IMG/VR virus record: IMGVR_UViG_3300002091_000096 | Coordinates: 1-27,907 of that record | DNA from: a virus | Lineage: Duplodnaviria > Caudoviricetes | Reading direction: 5' to 3' (one strand) | DNA: 27,907 nucleotides | Shown here: one piece after another, positions 7,062-14,259 of the stretch | Position numbering within the stretch: position 1 is the first letter of the stretch | Layout of the letters: each line of letters begins with the position of its first letter | The notes under the pieces: generated by a model | What the model saw: the letters and a program-made list of their open reading frames with translations, nothing else | Told to the model about the DNA's origin: nothing | Database searches by the model: none | Program-made: the position numbers and the translations under genes

Positions 7062-8076
7062 GTGCGTCGTGCACGGCCAGCGGGTCGATGCGGGCATAGT
7101 GGGACGCGAGCACCTTCCAATTCTTGTGCCCGCTGATCAGCGCCACCAGCGGGATTTGCAGGCCGCCCTCCAGCAGCCGGGATATGGCGTGCGCCCGCAG
7201 GTCGTGGATATGCAGGTCGTGGATCTGGCACTTGATCGTCGCCGCCTGGAATGCCGCCGAGACGGACGTGCGCTTGTAGGGGAACGGGCTATCGAAGTAT
7301 CGAGGCCGCCCTGCGATCAGGTCGAATGTGTCAACGCCCGCGAAGGCGATCAATGGCACCTCTTGGTCGTTCTTCTCCCGAACCCGGATATCGGGATGCT
7401 TGCGCGAGCGGATGACGGCGGATCGCCGGCCCGCGTCGATGTCGCCCCACTGGATGCCGAGCAGTTCCCCCAACCGCAGCGGAAGGACGGACAGGATCCG
7501 CACCAACACGCCAAGGTCTATCAGGGACCGCGTCTGCGCCTCGCTGTAGGCGATCACCGCGTCGATCTCGGTCTGCGTCGGACGCCGGGTCCGTGCCTGC
7601 GACTTGCCCGCGATCTTCATCCGCTTCGCCGACGATATGGCCGCCTCGACCTCGCCCAGGGGCACTGGCAGGCCCCACAGATCGCGGGCGGTTTTAAGCA
7701 CCTCCTTCAGATAGCTCAGACGGGTGGAAATTCCCCCGCCAGTGATGTTCAGCCCTCGGACGTAGGCAAGGACCGTCGCCTGCGAGAAATCGCTCAGGAG
7801 GCGCCCGCCAAGGTCACGGCGAAGCACCGTGAGTTCGTGTGCCTTGGAGGCTCCCCACCGCTTCGACGGCCAGACCTCGCGCTCGTATCGATCAATCACC
7901 GGGGCCAGCGTGCCCGACATCGTGCCCGGCATGGTGCCCGCCATGTCGGCGTCCCGTTCCCGCGCCCTCGCCCAGGCCACGGCATCTATCTTCCGGTCGA
8001 ACGACTTGCTTGCCCTCAGGTCGGTGCGGCGGATAATCGCCTGCCATCTTCCCCCGCGTTGACGAAACGTCGCCAT
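7048..8076 (-). CDS. int: Tyrosine integrase
   Basis: Arm-binding N-terminus MATFRQRGGRWQAIIR; catalytic R (LRLGEL), HDLR, SGH and Y (HYA). Confidence 0.96.
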   Translation of the reverse strand: MATFRQRGGRWQAIIRRTDLRASKSFDRKIDAVAWARARERDADMAGTMPGTMSGTLAPVIDRYEREVWPSKRWGASKAHELTVLRRDLGGRLLSDFSQATVLAYVRGLNITGGGISTRLSYLKEVLKTARDLWGLPVPLGEVEAAISSAKRMKIAGKSQARTRRPTQTEIDAVIAYSEAQTRSLIDLGVLVRILSVLPLRLGELLGIQWGDIDAGRRSAVIRSRKHPDIRVREKNDQEVPLIAFAGVDTFDLIAGRPRYFDSPFPYKRTSVSAAFQAATIKCQIHDLHIHDLRAHAISRLLEGGLQIPLVALISGHKNWKVLASHYARIDPLAVHDALKRL

Positions 8077-8081
8077 GCTTT

Positions 8082-8321
8082 CCCCACTGTGCCCGTGTCA
8101 CACTCGCCCTTCTTGGCACGCACCTGTCACAGTGCGGGCGGGCGTTCTCGGGACGTTGCGGGATTTACCGTTGATTGGCAAACGACGAACGGGCAGCAAA
8201 TACGGGGTTTAGGCGTTACCGGGAACCAGTGTGGCAACATTCAATCCGGTAGCCGTCGGGATCGAGTTTACGGGTTTTACAGGGTTTTACCGGGGTCGGG
8301 CACGCCCACGGCACAGTCGGG
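8082..8321. promoter_or_regulatory. attP: attP region: arm-type repeats flanking a putative core
   Basis: Imperfect repeats GGCACGCACCTGTCACAGTGCGGG (8115-8138) and GGCACGCCCACGGCACAGTCGGG (8299-8321); inverted GGCACAGTG near 8085-8093; TTTAC repeats at 8267/8276/8286; putative core about 8240-8266. Confidence 0.75.
8216..8266 (-). other. Replacement 3' end of host target gene (VOC/glyoxalase-like C-terminus)
   Basis: Translates as LDPDGYRIECCHTGSR*, matching the DPDGxxIE C-terminal motif of VOC proteins. Confidence 0.6.
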
Positions 8322-8475
8322 AAATGTCTATCCGCCGCCAAATGGCGGGACAAAGCAAAGCACCCGCCCGTAGGAATAACACAGGTGAGCATCCGTTTCT
8401 TAAGACCCCACCAGGGGCGGCCGGGTTGATCGCCGGTTGTGGCCGGGGCCTCTGCCGAGAGGTACGCCCCGGTTT

Positions 8476-8685
8476 TCATACTGGCGGCCTCGGCTGGTCA
8501 CTGTCGGACGGATGGGCGACACGCGCCGGCTTCCGTATCCTCCGTGCCAGTGCGTCCATGCCGTCCTGCATGAAGGTGGCTAGGGCCTCAACGGACACGT
8601 CGAACTTGTGGTCTACCCCGTCCTTGAAGAACCTAACGGATAGCTCGCCGTTCACATCGTGAAGGCGGGGAAGGCAGCTAGTCAT
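8476..8685 (-). CDS. Hypothetical protein
   Basis: MTSCLPRLHDVNGELSVRFFKDG...; overlaps the GNAT stop; last gene of the late operon. Confidence 0.6.
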   Translation of the reverse strand: MTSCLPRLHDVNGELSVRFFKDGVDHKFDVSVEALATFMQDGMDALARRIRKPARVAHPSDSDQPRPPV

Positions 8686-9097
8686 TGCCGAGCTTCTTTC
8701 GTAAGTGGACAACCTGAAAACCGACGTAGGACTTGCGCGGCTCATAGGTCCGGTATCCCGCTTCCAAGATATTCGCCGTCGAGTAGCCGTTGCGGCCTAC
8801 GGTGTAGGTGACGACCTCCCGCCATCCCTCGCGGCGGCCGTGGCGCTCCATCACGGTCATCAGCTTGCGCTGTAGCCCCTGCCCTCTGTGCGATGGCATG
8901 ACGCCGACGCGGGAGAAGAACCAAATCCCATTGCGGAGCGGATGGGCTGACAGGTAGCCGACAAGCTCCTCCTTGTCGTGCGCCACCCACGATGCATTTT
9001 TGTCCCATGCGAACATGTACGGCTTGTCGAAGGGGAAGCAGACGCGGTCTGCGGCCTCGATAGCTTCAATGTCGTCGGGGGTGGCGCGGCGGATCAT
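8678..9097 (-). CDS. GNAT-family acetyltransferase
   Basis: MIRRATPDD; acetyl-CoA motif A VMPSHRGQGLQRKL; N..S..N...GY. Confidence 0.9.
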   Translation of the reverse strand: MIRRATPDDIEAIEAADRVCFPFDKPYMFAWDKNASWVAHDKEELVGYLSAHPLRNGIWFFSRVGVMPSHRGQGLQRKLMTVMERHGRREGWREVVTYTVGRNGYSTANILEAGYRTYEPRKSYVGFQVVHLRKKLGND

Positions 9098-10344
9098 GCG
9101 GCGGCCTCAAACATTGTCGGGCAGACGGTGTGGCGCTCCACCTCGCCATGCTCACGGTGAAAGACGATGGCCTTCATCGACTGTTCGCTGCGATAGCCGG
9201 CATGGGCGGAATAGGCGTCTGCGGGTGCCAGAACGCCGAACGTCTCGACCTTGCAGCCGGCGTATTCCTTGCGGCTTTCGTGGTGGACATGGCCTGTCAT
9301 CCAGAGGCGATGGACGGTCCTGCCCCACGCTTCCGGCATGTCGTGCGCCATGATGCCCGGCAGCATCGCGGGCTTGGCCTTGTCGCCGTGGTGCGTGCCC
9401 AGCAGCACCTTGCCGAACTCGTAATAGTGATAGTGGCGCGGGGCCTTATCCACGGTCACGCGGGGCTCGTTCTCGTACAGGCAGGCCAGCAGGATGGTCA
9501 TGAAGGCCGCGCTGGACGGGTCGTGGTTGCCCGGCTCAAAGATCAGGGTGACGTGTTTGTGCCGCTCCAGGGCCGCCGCGACGACGTGGCGGATCATCCT
9601 GACGGCCACCTCCACCATCTTGGGATACCGGCCGTCTGCATCCAGCAGGTTCTTATGGGCAGGCGTGACCGTGTCGTAACTGTCGTAGTGGAGGAAGTCC
9701 CCGAGGAACGCGATCAATGCTTGGTCGCAGGGCGGGCAAACGCCTATCAGCCGGAAGGAGGCATCGCGCAGGATCTGCTCGGCAATCTTGAGGTCGTAGG
9801 CCCCGCCTCCGGTTTCGGACGGCCACGCCATCATTCCGGTGTGGTGATCGCCCACCGGGTAGACGGCCAACAGGTCCTTGTGCGTGATGCCCTTGGGGGC
9901 TTTAACTAAAGCAGCGCGCTTTACATCGGCGGCGATCTTGGCGGCGCATTCCAGCCACAGGGCCTCGCGTACCGCGTCCTCCGGCTTCTCGCTCACCCAT
10001 TGCTGCGTGACCTTGCCGGCTTGGTCGTAGAGCGTCGATAGCTTGACGATCCTTTTAGGATCGGGGAGCTGCGTCGCGTCGGCGGCCTCCCTGCCCTCCA
10101 GCCCGGTCTTGTCCCACCGGGCGACTTCCTCGCCGGCTTCGTTGCGAAAGATCGACTGGCCCCGGACCACAAGGCGGGGTTGGATGGTGGACTTGAAGCC
10201 CCGGCGCCTCGCCTCGTGGACCCGGCTTCCGAAGGTGGTACGGGATAGCCCCAAAGCCCGCGCGGCGTTGGTAATCGAATTGTGCGTTGCCAGGAGGTCC
10301 ACCGCCTCCTGGCACGCGGCGTCGGTAAGCTGGGGTGTGGACAC
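9094..10344 (-). CDS. HTH-fused calcineurin-like metallophosphoesterase
   Basis: N-terminal SITNAARALGLSRTT HTH; motifs GDHH, GDFLH, GNHD, HHGD, GHVHH; GTG start at 10344. Confidence 0.88.
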   Translation of the reverse strand: MSTPQLTDAACQEAVDLLATHNSITNAARALGLSRTTFGSRVHEARRRGFKSTIQPRLVVRGQSIFRNEAGEEVARWDKTGLEGREAADATQLPDPKRIVKLSTLYDQAGKVTQQWVSEKPEDAVREALWLECAAKIAADVKRAALVKAPKGITHKDLLAVYPVGDHHTGMMAWPSETGGGAYDLKIAEQILRDASFRLIGVCPPCDQALIAFLGDFLHYDSYDTVTPAHKNLLDADGRYPKMVEVAVRMIRHVVAAALERHKHVTLIFEPGNHDPSSAAFMTILLACLYENEPRVTVDKAPRHYHYYEFGKVLLGTHHGDKAKPAMLPGIMAHDMPEAWGRTVHRLWMTGHVHHESRKEYAGCKVETFGVLAPADAYSAHAGYRSEQSMKAIVFHREHGEVERHTVCPTMFEAAA

Positions 10345-10613
10345 TACTTGCCCGCCTTCCACTCAATCCAGCCATCCACCTTGTCGGCGCAGTCCTGCCC
10401 GCGCTGCCAGGTATCCGCCACCCACGAAGCGAATACGCGGTCGCTCACCGTATCGGGCTTATCGTCCGGTCGGATGCAGGGGCTTAGGAGCCGCTGCGGC
10501 GGGGGCTTGTCCACCGTCTTTATCACCGGGGTTGGGGCGCCGCAGGCCGTCAAGAGCCCTGACAGGCTCAGATTTAGCGCAAGCGCCGGTATCGCTCGAC
10601 GTATTGATTGCAC
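10344..10613 (-). CDS. rz1: o-spanin (Rz1-like lipoprotein)
   Basis: Signal peptide with lipobox LTAC, proline-rich; overlaps Rz in another frame. Confidence 0.85.
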   Translation of the reverse strand: MQSIRRAIPALALNLSLSGLLTACGAPTPVIKTVDKPPPQRLLSPCIRPDDKPDTVSDRVFASWVADTWQRGQDCADKVDGWIEWKAGK

Positions 10614-10842
10614 GCATCACCTCGCGGGTTGTGGCGGCGGTCTTTTGCAGAGCAGCTTCTATTTGCTTGTCGATCTCGATGTTGCGGGCTTCGTTGGCTT
10701 GCAAGGTCTTGATGGTTTCGGCGTTCACGGCGGCGGCGAGTTCCGCCTTGCCTAGATCCTCGTGAGCGCGGAGGAGAAGCCAGCCCAGCAGCCCGGCGAT
10801 GGCGGCTAGGACGGCGGCTCCGATGGCGAGGGCGCGGGTCAC
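10459..10842 (-). CDS. rz: i-spanin (Rz-like)
   Basis: N-terminal TM (ALAIGAAVLAAIAGLLGWLLL) then coiled coil; GTG start at 10842. Confidence 0.85.
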   Translation of the reverse strand: MTRALAIGAAVLAAIAGLLGWLLLRAHEDLGKAELAAAVNAETIKTLQANEARNIEIDKQIEAALQKTAATTREVMRAINTSSDTGACAKSEPVRALDGLRRPNPGDKDGGQAPAAAAPKPLHPTGR

Positions 10843-10886
10843 GGATACTGCGCGACGAAGTGGCGGCCGGCGAACTGTTCGTTCAT
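10839..10886 (-). pseudogene. Displaced original 3' end of the endolysin gene, retained as a 15-aa coupling mini-ORF
   Basis: MNEQFAGRHFVAQYP* versus endolysin end EQFKGTHFVAQYP*; ATGA and GTGA overlaps. Confidence 0.85.
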
Positions 10887-11347
10887 ATGTGCCGCCATAT
10901 TTTATTGCTGCGGATGAGAGAAACAGTCGCGCGGGAGACGCCATACTCAGCGGCGACCACTCGCGCGCTGCCATCTGATTTTCTGATTTCTAAGGCTTGG
11001 GACTCAGTTAGCTTGGCCCAACCATGTCGGCTGCCCCTTGGGGACCTGTGCCGCCCTTTGCGCATTTTGTCGGCGGTGTTGTCTTGAGTAGTTCCTAGAA
11101 ACAAATGCGCTGGATTAATGCAGCTTGGAACGTCGCACTTGTGACAAACGAGAAGTCCATCAGGAATAGGCGAACGATGAGCGGTCCACGCCAAGCGGTG
11201 TGCCATTTTCCCCGCGCGGCCCCACTTCAACATCCCATGGCCGCTAGGTGTGCATTTGGCCGTCCACAAAAGACACCCGGAGTTAGGCTCAGGGATTGAG
11301 TGGAAATCTAGCCGCTCGGCTAGGGTCATTTTCCGAGGAACCATCAT
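10883..11347 (-). CDS. HNH homing endonuclease 2 with C-terminal HTH
   Basis: PEPNSGCLLW..AHRLAW..VCHKCDVPSCINPAHLFLGT..DN; lower GC than flanks. Confidence 0.92.
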   Translation of the reverse strand: MMVPRKMTLAERLDFHSIPEPNSGCLLWTAKCTPSGHGMLKWGRAGKMAHRLAWTAHRSPIPDGLLVCHKCDVPSCINPAHLFLGTTQDNTADKMRKGRHRSPRGSRHGWAKLTESQALEIRKSDGSARVVAAEYGVSRATVSLIRSNKIWRHI

Positions 11348-11781
11348 GGGTACTGGGCCACAAAATGGGTGCCCTTAAATTGTTCTTTTTCCCCGTTGCG
11401 GCGGCGGGTGATTTCCGGGGGAATGTGCCAGCGGTCGAATTGCTCGGCGGCGGCTTCGAACTGCATCAGGTTGATCTTGCGAAGAAGCGTCGAGGTCTTG
11501 AAGGCACCCACGCCCACATTGAAGGCAAAAGACACCAGCGCGTCGAATTGGTACGGTTCCAGCCCCACCGTGACGCTGTCGTTTATGGCGTCCTCGAAAC
11601 GGTCGAGATCGGCGCGCAGGGCGGCTTCGATCTGGTCGTCGTTCCAGTGCAGGCCAAGGTGTACCTCGGGTCCAGTATGCCCAATGCCGATTGTGGGCAC
11701 GCCGACGCTGTCGAGATAGGCGTCGTTCCGCTTGCCCTCGCGCTCGATCAGTATCTCAAGCCCTTGGTCGCTGATCTTCAT
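11344..11781 (-). CDS. Endolysin, GH24 (T4-lysozyme-like)
   Basis: EG.....YLDSVGVPTIGIGHT catalytic E-8x-D-5x-T pattern; QFDALVSFAFNVG; RRRNGE. Confidence 0.95.
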   Translation of the reverse strand: MKISDQGLEILIEREGKRNDAYLDSVGVPTIGIGHTGPEVHLGLHWNDDQIEAALRADLDRFEDAINDSVTVGLEPYQFDALVSFAFNVGVGAFKTSTLLRKINLMQFEAAAEQFDRWHIPPEITRRRNGEKEQFKGTHFVAQYP

Positions 11782-11882
11782 CGGGTCCTTTTGTTTTTCT
11801 TGCGGTGGACGAACTCGCGAAACCCGAGATACACGGCCAGCAGCAGGCAGACGGTGATGAACTGGATTTCCGCGTCGTTCAT
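11778..11882 (-). CDS. Small single-TM protein (possible antiholin/lysis accessory)
   Basis: MNDAEIQFITVCLLLAVYLGFREFVHRKKNKRTR; ATGA overlaps with holin and endolysin. Confidence 0.55.
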   Translation of the reverse strand: MNDAEIQFITVCLLLAVYLGFREFVHRKKNKRTR

Positions 11883-12214
11883 GACGCACCCTTCTTCCAC
11901 CACGCCGACCACCACGCCTTGAAGGCGCCCAGCGGATCTGTGCTGAATTGCCCGGAGACCGCGCGAATACCGGCGATGACATCCATCCCGACCACGGCGG
12001 CCAAGATGCCGATTGCGGAGACTACCCACGGCCCGAAGTGCCAGACCTCGCCGGAGACCCCGCCCGCCACGATGCCCAGCCCGGCAGAGATCAGGAAATT
12101 GACGCCGCGCTGCTGGAGGGTCTGGTCCTTGGCGTATCGCAGCCCGATAAGGGCGCCGAAAAACGCAGGCGGGGAAAGCGCGCCCATCAGCTCAAGGAAA
12201 TCGGCTTTGGTCAT
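11879..12214 (-). CDS. Holin
   Basis: Three hydrophobic segments, basic C-terminus; immediately upstream of the endolysin. Confidence 0.8.
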   Translation of the reverse strand: MTKADFLELMGALSPPAFFGALIGLRYAKDQTLQQRGVNFLISAGLGIVAGGVSGEVWHFGPWVVSAIGILAAVVGMDVIAGIRAVSGQFSTDPLGAFKAWWSAWWKKGAS

Positions 12215-12321
12215 TTTGCCCGATTCCGGTCTAGGCTCGTCTCAGCCAAAGTAGCCTCCTTTTTCAGGCTGCTGCGGTTAGGCTCCCCGGTTAGGTGCCA
12301 GCCTTCCGGGGGGCCGCTTCG
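12211..12321 (-). promoter_or_regulatory. Structured lysis leader with SD-sequestering hairpin and 12-codon uORF
   Basis: Hairpins CCCCGG..CCGGGG and AGCCT-GAAAAAGG-AGGCT; AGGAGG 5 nt before TTG 12249; uORF MAETSLDRNRAK ends in TGA overlapping the holin ATG. Confidence 0.55.
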
Positions 12322-12504
12322 TTACTTCTTTGGCGGATCGGCCGGTGCCTTTAGCTTCTCGACTTCCGCCTTCAGTTTCTCGTTCTCGGCTCGTAGCGTG
12401 TTGTTCTCGTCCATCAGGGCGGCGACCGCCGCGTCGGAATTGGCAACGCGCGTCGCAAGATACTGATGGCCGGTCATGGGGGGCTGTTGGGGAGTCGGCT
12501 GCAT
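12322..12504 (-). CDS. Small coiled-coil protein (tail-fibre chaperone-like position)
   Basis: MQPTPQQPP...LMDENNTLRAENEKLKAEVEKLK; directly after the tail fibre. Confidence 0.6.
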   Translation of the reverse strand: MQPTPQQPPMTGHQYLATRVANSDAAVAALMDENNTLRAENEKLKAEVEKLKAPADPPKK

Positions 12505-12518
12505 GTGGATTTGTCTCT

Positions 12519-13772
12519 TTAGGTAAGGGTGACGGTCTTGGTGACGCCGTTGATCTGCACGAATAGGCCGGAGGTCGTCGTCCACATGTCGCCATTGGCG
12601 GGGCTTGTGGGCGCGGTGCCGTGCGGGAGATTGAAGCCAGCGGTGCCGGTGGCGCTTGCCAGCGTTACAAGCTCTGCGCCGACAGCCAGGGCGCCCGCAG
12701 ACACGCTGATCGTCGGATTGCCGCCATTTGATCCCGTCAGCGAGATATAGCGATTTGCCGACGCGGTATGTGTTACGCGGACCTGTCCGGTCCCCAATTG
12801 AGATCCGAGGATGACGGAGTTCGCGCCTTTGGAATAAAGCCCAAGGTGAATGTCCGAGGCCGCGCCGTTCGGCCCCCAAACCGGCACACTGCCGCCGACA
12901 TTGGCCTCCAGCCAGGCGCCACCGCCGCTGGTGCCCGCCACGATGACATCGACGCCCTGATTCTGGAGCTTGACGCGACCGCTGCTTCCGGTGCTGCCCA
13001 GCACGAGGTTGGCGGTACTGGACCCGGCCGACCCCGCCCACATGGACAGGTTGACGCCATCGGCCGACGAAATGCCGCCCTTGCTCGGGTCGTTGTTGAA
13101 GAACATCCCGGTGAAGTTCGTTCCGCCAGAGCCCGTCATGCTCGGGATATTGATGGCTCGATAGTTCGTCACCGCCGCGCCCGTCGCCGTCACGTTCGGC
13201 ATGACGAAGTCTATGCCGACGCTGGTAACGAGCGTCACGTATTCGTAGGGGATATGGAACCGGAAACGGGTGTTGACGACGCGATTGAGAATGACCGCAT
13301 CGGCGCCCGTAGACCCGGAGCCGTTTCGCGCATAGATGTCGAACTTGTCCATCTCCAGCATCGCAAACTGCGCCGTCTTGGTCGTCGTGTCCGCGTTGGT
13401 GACGGTAATCGTTCCCATATTGAACGCGACTGGCCGAGCCGCCGCGCCCGTTACGGTGAACGATGGCGTATTGATGGTCGCAAGGAACGTGTCCTGCGTA
13501 ACGTCGCTGACGTTCGTTCCGGTGCCCAGGATGAGGCGGGCATTCTGATAGCCCAGGTCTCGATACTGGAACTCGGCAACCGGCTTCCCAGCCGCCGCGA
13601 TTCCCAAGGTATTCGTGGCGACCTTGAAGAACCCCATATCCGTTGCGGTCGCAAAGGACAGGCTCGGGGCCGCCGCGCTGCCATCGGCCATTGTCGATGA
13701 CGCCGGGGTGAAGCCCAGCGCGGCGATGATGGCGGCAGAGGTAAGGGCCGGCTGGGTGACTGCGAAGGCCAT
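12519..13772 (-). CDS. Tail fibre/spike protein
   Basis: G/T/A-rich beta structure; DGSAAAPSLSF and HGTAPTSPANGDMWTTTSGLF fibre-type motifs. Confidence 0.75.
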   Translation of the reverse strand: MAFAVTQPALTSAAIIAALGFTPASSTMADGSAAAPSLSFATATDMGFFKVATNTLGIAAAGKPVAEFQYRDLGYQNARLILGTGTNVSDVTQDTFLATINTPSFTVTGAAARPVAFNMGTITVTNADTTTKTAQFAMLEMDKFDIYARNGSGSTGADAVILNRVVNTRFRFHIPYEYVTLVTSVGIDFVMPNVTATGAAVTNYRAINIPSMTGSGGTNFTGMFFNNDPSKGGISSADGVNLSMWAGSAGSSTANLVLGSTGSSGRVKLQNQGVDVIVAGTSGGGAWLEANVGGSVPVWGPNGAASDIHLGLYSKGANSVILGSQLGTGQVRVTHTASANRYISLTGSNGGNPTISVSAGALAVGAELVTLASATGTAGFNLPHGTAPTSPANGDMWTTTSGLFVQINGVTKTVTLT

Positions 13773-13773
13773 C

Positions 13774-14145
13774 TTAGGTCCCCTGTTGATAGACGAGGCT
13801 CTGCCCCGCCGTGCCGATGAAGGTGATCGCGCCCACCGGGCAGTCGGCGCCGCTCAGGGTCAGGACGGCGCCGGCAAGCAAGGGCAGCCCCGTCGCAAGC
13901 ACCGCCACGCCGCCCGAGATATCGACGCTCATCTGCGCGTTGCCGACTGGGTTCCAGATCGAGATGGCCGTGCGGGAGGCGTTCGCCGCAATGAGCGTGG
14001 TGGAGGTTGGCCCCGCCGTGACGGCAACCGCCGTAGGAGCGCCCCAGGTGATGCCGCCAGCGGCGCCCTCATAGATCGCGACGGGAAGCGGAACAGTCGA
14101 GGACACCTCGACGTTGTTAAGCACGAGAGAAACTGGATTGAGCAT
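13774..14145 (-). CDS. Small virion structural protein
   Basis: AGGAG SD; beta-rich; LIAANASRTAISIWN motif; lies between fibre genes. Confidence 0.7.
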   Translation of the reverse strand: MLNPVSLVLNNVEVSSTVPLPVAIYEGAAGGITWGAPTAVAVTAGPTSTTLIAANASRTAISIWNPVGNAQMSVDISGGVAVLATGLPLLAGAVLTLSGADCPVGAITFIGTAGQSLVYQQGT

Positions 14146-14154
14146 GGGATTCTC

Positions 14155-14259
14155 CTACTGAGAACAGAATTCGGTAATGATGACGACGCCGTTGGAACCT
14201 GCGCCGCCTGCTGCCGTGCCGGCCGTGTCGAGCGAGCAAGCGTTGATTACGTCAATCAT
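14155..14259 (-). pseudogene. Orphaned C-terminus of a glycine-rich tail protein
   Basis: MIDVINACSLDTAGTAAGGAGSNGVVIITEFCSQ*; ATG overlaps the end of the upstream fibre gene. Confidence 0.6.

Noticed and set aside
8240-8270. tRNA 3'-end fragment as the att core (TCGATCCC resembles a T-loop)
   Set aside because: No T-stem pairing or CCA end; the VOC-like reading explains the sequence better.
8266-8295. TTTAC-GGG repeats as CRISPR or iterons
   Set aside because: Only three ~10-bp units without spacers, located inside attP; more consistent with accessory (Xis-type) sites.
7069-8373. 434-aa plus-strand ORF
   Set aside because: Shadow of the integrase on the opposite strand in GC-rich DNA.
9130-9909. 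259-aa plus-strand ORF
   Set aside because: Antisense shadow of the metallophosphoesterase.
10883-11347. Group I intron or intein housing the HNH genes
   Set aside because: No flanking non-coding space for a ribozyme core, and the host genes are complete with their own stops.
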